DNA of 64,000 nucleotides, from positions 1-64,000 of the forward strand of contig LVLI01000281.1 in NCBI GenBank assembly GCA_001687465.1, written 5' to 3'. A model generated the notes under the pieces. That model was not told where the DNA came from. It did not search any database and saw only the letters and a list, made by a program, of their open reading frames with translations. Below, in pieces: positions 47,902 to 59,453 of the stretch (positions are counted from its first letter, which is position 1; every line of letters starts with the position of its first letter). A program made the translations under genes and the position numbers. The DNA is from Halocafeteria seosinensis (Eukaryota).

Positions 47902-50351
47902 TCAATTTCTTGCGGCAAACTGAGAGAGACGTTCTTTGGCTTCCTGTAGTGATTCATCGGTCTTGCAGAATGCAAACCTTCCAAAATTTGCGGCCAAATG
48001 TTTGTTTTCCTCTCTGCATACGGATGGCAATGTCCTGTTTACAACGACGTACTCGTTACGACCCTCATGCGTATCAACTCACCTGTAAAACGCAGATGGT
48101 GGAATACACACAACACCTGCTTCATGTGCCAGCCAGCGAGCGAACGCCCAGTCTCGGGGTAGTCCACTTCCTCCAACAGCCTCAGAACTTTGATCCAAAT
48201 AGTGTTGAGGAACCTGCAAGCAGCGAAAGAATGAGAAGGGAACCTGGAGCTGCACCCCATTGAAGAGTCGTACCTCCATATTCTCCGTGTTTCCCATGAT
48301 GAAAAAGCTTCCATCAGGGACAGTAGGTTTAATTCCTGCCGCTAACAAGGCATCCACCAGAAGCTGTCTCTTTCTGCAACAATGTAACCACTTGAAACTT
48401 CGTCAGCCTTAGGTAACATCCTTCATACATTCTCACGTACCTGACGTATTCCGCCCGGAGCCATCCGTAAAAATTGGGGTAGTCGTCGTAGGGACTAAGG
48501 GCGGACACCAGCGAACGCGCGATTGCTTCTTGAAGCGGAGTAGACACGCAAAACGGGATCCACTGATTTGCCATCTGAACTTTCGATACTAGCTCTGAGG
48601 AGCCATATACCCATCCGATTTTCCACCCCGTGCATGAAAACGTCTTACCACTGCATCTCAACCATGAACCAAAAGACCAAGAGCCCCAGCCAATTGTCAA
48701 GGTACCACTTACGCTGAAGAAAACGTTAGTACCCTGTTCCACATGCCGGGCAAGCTCGCCAGCCGAGTGTGATGTACAGGAGTTGCGGTAGTCATTACTC
48801 CGTTGGGTGGTGGGGGATCCACACCGGGAGATCGCCCCGCCGCATTGTAGTCATCTCCTGTGATACCCAGCGACCGAACAAAATCGTGCTGAATACTTTC
48901 TTTATCTGCCCATTGGTAGTATCCGCCATCAATAGTTGCCGTAGGAAAGGACTCTTTCTCATTAAAATCGTCCCTTTCCTTCTCCGAGTGGTACGAAAGA
49001 ACAGGACTCGGAAGGTTAAAGTCGTCTGGGAGATCTAGTTCATGGCGCTGGTAAGTCATGGCTTCGTATACTTCATCAACAAAAGCTGTACACGTAAACG
49101 ACAGCACTCTCATTTTGTCTAGGCTTGCACACGCCAAGTTGCAAAGGCATCTGATCTTACCAACAATGCGCGGATGTCTCTCCAACAGTTCAGCAAACGA
49201 TTGTAGTTCCGATTTCGTAAACATCTTCCCTGTAGGGTTGTGTGGTGTGTTCAGGAGAATCACCTTGGTCTTTTCATTGATGGCTTCCTCCATTTCGTCC
49301 ATGTCGACGGTAAATGCGTCTGCATCGCGCGATTGGTATTCACGCCAAGAGACATGGTGCAGCTAGCATGCTTACGAGCTGCAAGTGCCATTTTCTCAGG
49401 GTTTTTCTCAGCCTCAGGGGAAGGCCGCATGGGTACCCTTCTCACAGTAGCTCCGGCCATCTGAAGAGGAAGTCATATGACAGAGTGGCAGAATAGCGGC
49501 ACACTAGTTACTAGACGCAACGGACATACTTGTGCTTGAGCAGGATATATATCAAACGCAGGTTCTAAGATAATTACTTCATCTCCCGGATCAATGAAGG
49601 CTTGCTGCGTTCAGCTGAAGGTGCTATGCGCATATTCCGACAAATGCGGCCCAGCAGGCTACGTACCATTGCAGCGAAGAGTCCTTCTGAAACACCGACT
49701 GTAACCGCTACCTGAAAGTATCAGCGATCAGTCTCCTCAGTTACAACCTGGCCCTAATGACGTTTGCTGCTTACCTCGGACATCGGATCGATCTCCCTCT
49801 CTAACTGATGTGAATATTGATCGGCCAATGCTTTTACAAGAGATGGATGGCCGGGGCTCCTGGTATACTGCGGGAGAACGTGGACCAGCTATCCGACCGA
49901 CTACCGAGGAGCCCATAAAGTACTCATATATACAGCCGCGACGTACCTGGTTATGATTTTCTGTGATAGCATCTTTGGCGTGTTTTTGCACAAACGCTGG
50001 AGTTTCCCATTCTGGTGCTCCTTGTCCGAGGTTAATGGCTGCAAGACGGAAACTTAGAAAAAAAGCGGCAGTCCTCCCCTCTAGAATGTAGATACCTCTT
50101 AATCCTAGTACACTCTCACCATTCAGTTCCTTGGCCAAAGGCGCAAATTCTCCCCATACTGTAGGTTTATCAAAGCCGTGTAGTCGATGGGCCATGTCCT
50201 GCTCCACACTGTTCGATGCACCATATTGTCGACATTGCGCGTGTAGGCCCAGTGGCTCTGCAACTGCAGACATTCTGTGTGGAGGCCTCCAGGCCAATCG
50301 AGCTCCTACAGAGTGCCGAATAGACATCATGGGTGGCATGGAGCGCTTCAT
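47902..50351 (-). CDS. Class I PLP aminotransferase, kynurenine aminotransferase/glutamine transaminase K-like, with mitochondrial-type presequence; multi-exon
   Basis: AINLGQG, LEPAFDIY, LNTPHNPTGK, DEVYE, ASLPGMWNR-SSA|GKTFSCTGWKIGW (PLP Lys), PDGSFFI, GVVCIPPSAFY and RFAFCKTDESL. Confidence 0.88.
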
Positions 50352-50723
50352 ATTGATGAGATTCCGGGTCCAAAACAAAATCCAGTTCGTTCTAAGTCCA
50401 CACCCACGTTTGGGGTCTCTCTGTATCACATTCGATCGCACACTGTACTGGTACAATCCCATCCAATACCGAGATGTATCACATTGTACTGTCATGGCGT
50501 ATACAGGGCACGATACGCCTTGAACCAAAGTATCCACTCCGTGAAGTTGAACTTGGCTTCGAACTCGCGTTATACGGCGTTATATTGTACACTACATACT
50601 CGAAATGACTGTGCATAGATTATTTGTGAGTATCTATGTATGTGCAAACAGGAAAGAACGAGTGTCGGTGTACGTGGTATAGCTGGAAACACCACTCGGA
50701 ACGAGGTGTTCTGTCGCACGCAC

Positions 50724-52305
50724 ATGATGAAAGGCTCTACGCTTTCGCTGTGCCTCGCTCTGCTAGGCTCTGCACTTTTACAGTGCCACACAGTGGTGGC
50801 TGTGCAAATTAGCAGTACTCCCAGTCCCATTCCGCCGGTAAAGAAGCCGAATGCGCTCCTGCAGCTGTCGGCGCGGGGAACACCGTTCGAGGTTGGATAT
50901 TCCATTGGTGTTCAAACTAAACACAGGATTCAGAGCAAGGTTGATTCCATTCAAGGATTGCTCGACTACGTTTCCTCGGGAGATGGTAAAGACAAGTATG
51001 AATCTATGCTGGCAGGTGTCCAAAACGCTGCCAAAGACCACAGCGGCGGGAATGCATTTGCGGACGCTCTCAAAGAACTGCAAGGCATGGCCGTCGGTGC
51101 TGGAGTATCGTTTAAGTCTCTGGTTGTGATAAACATGGAAAATGAGCTTTCGCTCATGAAAAGCGCTGGGAAGGTTTTAAACGATCATTGCAGCGACGTC
51201 CTGATGAGGAAAGCAAAGTGCAACGATGACCCTGTTGACCAGAAGTACTGCATGATGATAGGTAAATGCAACTTAATCCCCACTGTTTGTGCTCTCCTCA
51301 GCGAATTTAATCCGGGTATGTCGTTGCCATTATGCAGGCCATAACGAAGATGCTGGTCCAAACAACTTGGAATGGGTGTATCTGCTGAAAGGATCGATTG
51401 AAGGTGAAGGAGCGACACTGAATATTCAGGCTTACAACTATCCTGGTCAGCTGTCTACAGGAGCCTTTGGCTTCAACTATGACAGCCGTAAGTTTTCTTC
51501 TTTACGGTGATTGGAATCGTGTATTATACACTAGGGTGATATTAACTTTTACGCTGGAACAGAGATTTTCTTCTCTACCAACGCTATCTTCCCCAAATAT
51601 GTCAACTCGTCCGGAATCCCCAGGCACTTCCTGGCAAGGTATGCGGCAAGTGTCAGATCTGCGGTGAAATCTTAAAATTGTATTTTGTGTACTATGTGAG
51701 GCCACCAGATATATACTCGCATCGGAATCTATTGATCAGGCAATCACACGGGCCACCGAAACTAGCCTTGCGTGCGGGTTTTCCTTGAATATTGGAAGTT
51801 GGGGAAAGAATGGGGATCACTTGTACAATATTGAACTTGCTAGTACCCACCAACACAGGTATGCTGGGTTGTTTGTTAAGCGTTGTTTCACGCGTTCTGA
51901 CGACGCTCTTCTGTCGTCTTATGCAGTATTCTTACTCTTGGCGATGATGTAGACTATACGTTCCACTTCAATGCGTATCTGCGGTTGGATGTGCCGCAAC
52001 ATGTCGGCACTTCCTCTGTTGCACGAATGAACGCGGCCAAATCCTTGCAAGCTCCAACTGATATGGAAGGTGCTTTCCGAATATTGGGTGACCAATCGAA
52101 TTCTTCGTATCCAATTTATCGAACCGGAACACCACCAGATGGAGCTGCGACACTAACGACAGCTCTGTTCAAGGTTCCACTCGATAGTTCTTCCGTAAAC
52201 GGTCTCCGCAGTTCCACTGAGGACTCTTTCGGCCCAACGATGGAGGTGGTCATGAATAATCCCCGGTTCAATTCCGCTCTCTTTGTTGACTCTATGAAAG
52301 CTTAA
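50724..52305 (+). CDS. Secreted peptidase C45 / acyl-CoA:6-APA acyltransferase-like Ntn-hydrolase (Tan-like); multi-exon
   Basis: Signal peptide MMKGSTLSLCLALLGSALLQCHTVVA; GTPFEVGYSIG, ELQGMAVGAG, DHCSD (nucleophilic Cys), GHNEDA, YPGQL-AFGFN, HFNAYLRL, LGDQSNSSYPIYR and TLTTALF. Confidence 0.82.
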
Positions 52306-53792
52306 GCATTTGACTCCGAGGACCTTGAAAATTTTCTTTTCTCTCTGATATATGCTGATATCGAGAGGGCTGAACATTCCACCCAAACAATACATGTATA
52401 CCCATCATGACCATCAGATTCGCTGTTTTTCCTAGACTGCGGTTTGAAGTGTTCAATAGCATCTCGCAGCCACTACTGAAATGCGGTATTGAATTAAGGA
52501 ATTGACCACTGTATGCACACTTAGCATCGTGGTTGAGAGAGGGTATAACTCGTGTGGGTGGTCCAAAAGAAAGTGAGTACAGTAGTTATCGTACGCTATG
52601 TCTGACGTCCAGCGACAGATAGATGCTCAAGGAGTTTTGTCAGTACTGTATTGTTTTATACTTGCTCCTTTGCGGGTTTAGACGGATACCCGATTGAGAG
52701 AAGGGTGAACCCTCTCCGCTTGAAGCCAAGTGTGTGTGTGAAGCGTAGCCAAATATTATTCATCGAAAATGTATATCTCATCACAAAGAGTGGGGTATTT
52801 GGTAATATACGAGGAACATGTATAGTTCCAATTTTAACAAATGGCTCTGCCCACAGGCCAGTTTCATCCGGGAGGACTGTAACTTCCAATTTGCACGCAC
52901 ATGTGCCTTCCAACTGCTCAATACGTGCATTCAAACCCTTCCACACCCCCCGCTTTGTCAAATCCGATATTTGCGCAAGCACGCTTCTCTTAGAGTCGAA
53001 CCAATGAATTCCGTGCTGCATACCAATAAGTATGTGTGGTACATAGACGTGGCACACCGGTAGATAGCCTGCATACCATGTAGATAGTCGGGCAGATAAC
53101 GGGTAACTGCCCATACAAGATAGTTTGTACTCATTGTATACAGTTGAATACACACCTCTAGTTGTATACAGTGTAACTAACTGCTTCGAATTCGGAATTC
53201 CGCAGTGAAGTTCAACTTCAACTGAAGTGACTCATCGATAAAAGTATCTCTATACCCAATATAGATCTATAGGGAAAAGAGTTGTACACATTAACAATTG
53301 TGTATTTTTTGACCTGACACCTTTGGTTCCACGTCTGCACAAATTTTGTAAACGGAGCGTATTAAAACGGCCAAAAGACGAGTACATACCACCACAATTG
53401 AGAGCAATATGTCCACTCAAGTGCCTTCCAAGACGATGAACGGGGACGCACGAATGTAAGTTAATGGGAGCATACCAGTAGCCTCTATTATTATAGAGTA
53501 CAGTGCGTTGTGGTTGTTATATGAAGTGGGACAATTACCCTAGGATATGCTTTTTGTTGTTTCGTGGAGGTGTCCGCACATGCGAATACTCCCATCATGC
53601 AAACCAGATGCTAGATAGAAGGGGTCCTAGCATTCTAGAGGGTCGTAAAATGCATGAACATCCTCTTTAGTGGCAAGTATGGCAATCTCTGGAACACAAT
53701 GGGGCCATAAGGGCCTGAGAGGGCCTTCTCCGCAGATTTTTTGTCCGCATAAAATCGCGAGAAGTACCATACTGCTCTCCCTTTACTGAACA

Positions 53793-56735
53793 ATGTCTTT
53801 GTCCATGTGGCTGCATTCGCTTTTACAACGCTTCGTTGGGTTGGTGCATTGAGTTTTCTTCCAAGATTGTTGCCGTGCCTGTTGAGTTCACCATTGCCGT
53901 GGGACTTTCACTCTCTGGTGTTTCCACCATTTTCCCGCTTGCAGGGAAAAGGTTCCTGGAGTTGGAAATCTGGATTATACAACGGCCGAATATGATGAAA
54001 TGACATATTTTATCACGGATGTGTCCGTTGTGGATCACAAGCCATCTCTCCACGCGAAGGATGTCCTTTTTTGTGTACGGTCAAGGAAATCGGATGGATC
54101 ATCTCAGAAAGTTTGGAGATCTTTCAAGGATTTCAAGGTACTGCAAGATGATCTTTACGCTTACGGTGCAATTAATTCTAGCGACGGTGTGCAATTGCAA
54201 GACCGGCGGTGGTTCCAGTATGAGCTTCCCCAATTTTCTGTCCCCAGGATGACCTCTGTCCCGAGGGAACACTCGGATGACCCAGAACCAGCCCAAGACT
54301 CTGCTTCCGAAGACGTATCCGATACTGAGTCAAATAGTAGCTCCTCTGGTGGAGATTACTGCGTTCACCCTGATTTCGCTGACCTCAGACGGCTGCAGCT
54401 GGATGACTACCTGAAAAATCTTCTTTCTATTGGAAGCCGAGTGTTGGACACCACTAGCTTCCGTGGGTTTGTGAAACCCGCCGAACGTGTTGACTGGCCT
54501 CCACATATTGGGCCCATTGATCTGGCAAAGCATGATTTACCTCACAAATCAAGTTACACCGAATGGTGGTACTATAACACACACTTTACTGATACCGAAG
54601 GAAATGAATACAGTGCCTTCGTTTGCTTCTTTCGGATCGCGAAAAGCGTTGATCAAAAGACTGGGGAAAAGACTTACGCACACGCACTGAACTTTGGATT
54701 TACTGATGTTCAAAACGAAAAGTACTACCAAGAAGCCCTTGTGGACAAGGACTCACCGGAGATCGTAAAGAAACAACTGGAAGATGATCGCATGATCCGA
54801 GATCCGCGTTTACGCCGTGCGTACTTGGAAATTTTGGAAAAGGGCAATGTTCCCAAGCCAGACAGAATGTTCAAGGAAGAAATCGAATGCAACGAAAACA
54901 AGTTCAACATTCGTTTCGAGACAGCGTCTGTTAAGAAAGACAGAAAGGGGCGTTATGTCGTGAAGGCATCCACTGAGGACGGAAGCACTTCCATTGATTT
55001 TGTTTGTGATCCGGTTAAGCCTGCGGTTCGTCATGGAGCAGATGGTGTTGTGAAGGGCCATGATGGAGATGACATGTACTATTACCTGATTCCCCGTTGC
55101 AACCTTTCGGGGTCGTTCCAAGTTGATGGTGTGTCTCGGTGTGTTGCTTCGGGAACTGGCTGGTATGACCACGAATTCGGGGGATACCGCAGTGAAGAAA
55201 CTGTTCCCATCATGAACTATGCCTGGAATTGGGCAGCCATCCAGCTCGACAATGATTATGAACTGTCTCTTGCAGTGCTGATTGATCCCCGAAGCACACC
55301 ACAGAAGGTAATGGAAACGAGAGCAATCATTATCGACCCGCAAGGAAGAAGACTTCAACCACGAGATCTTGTTTTCGAAGGCACAAAACAGTGGACCTCT
55401 GTAAGAAGTTTCAACGAGTATCCCACCGAATGGAGAGTCAACATTGAATCAGCTGGCGTTGATCTGACCCTCACTGCCCCCTTTGCCGATCAGGAGTTTA
55501 TTACACTTCTTGCTAAGCCGGCGTTTTGGGAAGGCCGTGTCGATGTACATGGGACAATGAATGGCAAACGTGTTACGGGAAGAGGTTTCATTGAAAGAAA
55601 CGGATTCAATCCACTGTCAGAGCTTAATACTTTCTTTAAAGCCGTCGGGAAGAAAACTCGCGAGATGGTACGAGAAATTTACCCGGACAACCCGAACTAC
55701 GAAGAGACGCTTCGTTTGGTTGCTACTCCGGAGACTCAGCATTACATGGAAGGTGTTCCTTGCGATAAGATATATGATGGTATCATTGCTCCTGTCCGGC
55801 ATATTTGTGATCGGGGTGGGAAATCTTGGAGAAGTTATGGTGCGTTGGCTTGCATAGACGTCGTAGGAGGAGATGCTCGCAATTTTTTGCACTGGCTGGC
55901 TATGCCTGAGTTCATGCATGTTGGATCTCTTATCATAGACGACATCCAAGACAAGTCCACCGTCCGTCGTGGAGTTGAAAGCTGCCACTTGGTCTATGGA
56001 GAATCGATTGCAATTAACGCTGGAACGGCGGCGTATTTCCAGAGTCAACAAATGCTGAAGCTCGATTGCCTCTCCGACAAAGAGATGAATGAGGTGTACG
56101 ATTTATACTTCGCTGCTCTTCGTGGTGGTCATGCGGGCCAAGCGTTAGACATTGCGGGACTTGATTACCTTATGGATGACTGCATCTCTCGAGGTGATAC
56201 CGCGCTTCCTGAGCAACGTATTCTTGCTATACATCGATTGAAGACGGCGGTTCCCGCCGGCTCACTCGCTCGAATGGGCGCGATAGCAGGTAAAGGAACG
56301 AAAGAGCAGGTTGAAGCTGTTGGCAAATACTTTGAGAACGTGGGTGTTGCTTTCCAAGTCATGGATGATGTCCTAAACCTTCGTGGTTTGGTAACAGGTG
56401 ATGCTGACCGTGTAAAAGACGTACGCCTGAAAAATCTCGGAGAGGATATAACCGCAGGCAAAGTCACCATCCCAGTTGTAAAGGCGATTGCGCGCTTGTC
56501 TCGGGAAGAGATGACCGACTTGTGGAACACTATCAAGACAAAGCCAAGTGATCCGGAGACCATAGCTCATTGCATTAACGTACTGGAAGAGTGCGGCGCT
56601 TTAGACGCATGCGTACAGCATGCCATTGACATGGTGGAGGACGCCTGGGCTGAACTCGATCCATTGATTGAAGACTCGTTTTCTAAAATTATGTTGCGTT
56701 CCTTCGGCTGGTTTGTCACTGAACGAAGCTACTAG
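53793..56735 (+). CDS. PX domain + CrtC/AttH lipocalin-like domain + trans-isoprenyl diphosphate (GGPP-type) synthase fusion, copy 1
   Basis: PX: KVWRSFKDF..LQ, ELPQF, DLRRLQLDDYLKNLL..SFRGFV. CrtC-like: EWWYYN, WYDHEFG, WNWAAIQLD, YPTEW, DQEF, FWEG, GRGFIE. Prenyltransferase: GGKSWR, HVGSLIIDDIQD..RRG, GQALD, KT, FQVMDDVLN, GEDITAGK. Main ORF 54000-56735; putative upstream exon 53793-53839 and intron 53840-53944. Confidence 0.88.
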
Positions 56736-56823
56736 ACTAATTACTTTTGTAATCTTTCCTTTGTATCTATGCCCAAATCGCACGACCGGTGCAAAATTCG
56801 GCATAGCAGGACTATATATCGTC

Positions 56824-57249
56824 TCATCCGTAGACATATGCGGTCGCTGGCTTAGGAATATATTTTTTAATTTGTTTGAATAAACATTCAGTTGCCTCGT
56901 TTTTCACGCCATGCACTCTGTTTCCCCTGCCTGAGGATGCGGGCCGCGACTCTAACGACATCCAGCTCTGTTCAAGGCACAATATGTTTGTACAGTGTAC
57001 TATAGGGCTCTCGCTGGACTCTCTTACAAGTAAGTTACAACCAGCCTGCTGGTACTCGTACTTGAAGTTCCTGCGGCCCACCAACGACAACGACTGAACG
57101 ATGGAGACGGTCATGAACCCGCTTTCATTCTGCTCTCCTTGCGGGCTCCGTGGACGTTTAATTACTGCGATGGGTTTATAGAGGCTTCGAAATTTTGCTG
57201 ATACAGAGAGAAGCGAACTTACCCTGACCTTCACAGACTCAGACGACAT
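56824..57249 (-). CDS. Possible small spliced gene of unknown function
   Basis: ATG at 57249 head-to-head with the acyltransferase; contains GTAAG donor-like and CAG acceptor-like sites; no recognisable domain. Confidence 0.25.
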   Translation of the reverse strand: MSSESVKVRVSSLLSVSAKFRSLYKPIAVIKRPRSPQGEQNESGFMTVSIVQSLSLVGRRNFKYEYQQAGCNLLVRESSESPIVHCTNILCLEQSWMSLESRPASSGRGNRVHGVKNEATECLFKQIKKYIPKPATAYVYG

Positions 57250-57384
57250 TCGACACTAATAGGCGGTTGTATAAACATAGCGTATCGCAGCCACTATTGA
57301 AATGCGATAAGAAGACAGTATAGCTTGAAGGTGTCGGCTACTCGTATGTACGCTTAGGTTGAGGCCTCGTCTCGGCAGCGTGCT

Positions 57385-58662
57385 ATGGTGGTGCACGGGA
57401 AAGTGAGTAGTTATGATAAATACGCTATGCCTCATGTCCATGCAGTTGCTATCTGTATCGTGCTTCCTTACTTGCTTTGTCGATCAGGAAAAATTTTCGA
57501 AATGGAATGATCCCAGAACGGGAATCAACCCCTTCATCCCCCTGGGGTACGTGAAGCCAAGACCAGGAGGATATGCCCGTTATCTGCTAGATGTTATGCT
57601 GGTGATCATACGGATACCGATGCTGGTCATGTTGATTATTCTTTTCATTCCAATTTCAGCATTAATCTCAGTGGTACGTTCTTTCCCTCTGGAAGCCAAT
57701 GGCGGTGCTCTCGGCCCAACTTGAGAAGTGTCTTGCCTGACAGATACCGAGTTTTGCTGTCCAACGAGGACTGGCGAGAGCTCTGGAGGCACCGCTATTG
57801 CGCGTGATGCTGCAATGTATGGGTTTTCTTCGTCACACTCGCAAAGAACTCAAGCGTAACCAGGTGCCTTTTCCGTAAGTTATGCCCTGCTTTTTCCTCA
57901 GCTGGTGTAGACAGACATGATCACTCTCGAGGCTGCAGACCATCGAAACATTCCCAGCAACTTTCAGACTCTCCTTCAACGGGAGATGTTGTGTTGGTTA
58001 ACCATTCATCATTCGTAGATGTCATGATTCTCAGCTCGGTTTATTCACCCCAGTTTCTTGCCTTCACAATGAAGGGCAAAGCGGTTCATGTCAGCCTGCT
58101 TCGGATGATGTGGTTGGCTATGAGCTTACCCTCCGAACACTTAACAGGCGAGACGGAGATCGAGAAAGCTCTACAAAGTGCAACTGGGCTTTGGTCAGGT
58201 CCTATAGTAATGTTCCCAGAAGTTGCTCGCTCAAACAATCAGGCCTTACTGACATTTCCAGAAAGTCTTTCCGATTTAAGCCAGGTTGGTACCTTTAACA
58301 CATTCCTGCTCGGTCTGAAGTAAGGCATCTGTTGCTTGTGCTGTGAGGCTCTCGCATCCATTTTAATCGCTTCTCCGATCTGCAGGTATCCGCATCAATA
58401 TTTTAGCCCCACACATCCGATAGGCAGTGTGATCATGTTCCTGTTGAACCTGACCCGCCAGGTATATAATACTGTGGTCATCGTTTCAGTTCCCAGCAAC
58501 TACAATCCGCAGACCATAGATTTCGATTCTAGCTCGAGGTGGTCTTCGACAACGCGAGACTATCTAGCTCACATGATCTCAGTTAAATCTGTTAACTGGA
58601 CCTGCTACGACTTTTTGCAATTCCAACGCCTGTACGACGAGGTGACGGCGAGTTCGAGGTGA
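57385..58662 (+). CDS. LOA1/Vps66-like (AUP1/LPCAT-related) glycerolipid acyltransferase; multi-exon
   Basis: Spliced N-terminus MVVHGK|EKFSKWNDPRTGINPFIP resembles yeast Loa1/Vps66, followed by a hydrophobic hairpin, NHSSFVD (HX4D) and FPEVARSN (FPEG-like block). Confidence 0.75.
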
Positions 58663-59453
58663 TTTCAGCGTAAGCAGTCCCGAGGTATGGAAAGCTCATA
58701 TGCACGCTCTGGCTCTGTTGTCTTCGTAAGTCAATATTTAGTACTGCTATGTCCCTGCTATATAGGGTTCGATTTCGTCCGTCATGTTGATAATCATTAT
58801 CGATATTGGCATGGTACCGATGCTCGCACTTCGAAGGATGAACGCCCTGTACAGCGATATACACCGATCCAATTGAAGCGATGGTGCGGTTTCGTATGTG
58901 ATCAAGGAGGGCAATCAAAACAAAGACGTTCGCAATAGCAATTAGCCTCTTCAATTCCAAAATTCCTATGTACCCATCGCCCAACTACTGCTTGTTATTC
59001 ATATCTGCAAACAAAAGCATTCCCTACACGTCGAAATGTTTCTTGGCTTGTTTCTCCACAATTTATTGAATTATTTCAGCATCTTCCAATAATGTGGAAA
59101 CTGACCACTTACTGGCCATGAAGAGTCCCTCCGCCCAGAGATCGTAATCTGTGTGTGTGTGACGTTTTTCGGGTCAAGACTTCAACTTCAAGGATTGAAG
59201 TGACTCTCATCTCAGGATCCGCGGACCGCGGGTTCAGGAAGCCAACCGCACAGAATACAATGCTGTTTCGTGGTTGTTGGTACTTCGGTGTTGTATTGCG
59301 TGAGCGAAGCAAGTGAAATACAAATTAACTAAAGGGGAAACTTTTTGTTCAATTGTTTGGCATATTTTGTGGGGTTGTAATTGGAGTAAATTCCTACTTT
59401 ATCGTTGAACACTTTATCTGTTTACCCGCATTACTGAGACAGTTGAGCGTAAG

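Noticed and set aside
52656..53153. 165-aa minus-strand ORF
   Set aside because: No recognisable motif or supportable splice structure; cannot be distinguished from a chance ORF.
58213..58236. FPEV instead of FPEG in the acyltransferase as a sign of inactivity
   Set aside because: HX4D is intact and this position can vary among such acyltransferases, so it is not evidence of loss.
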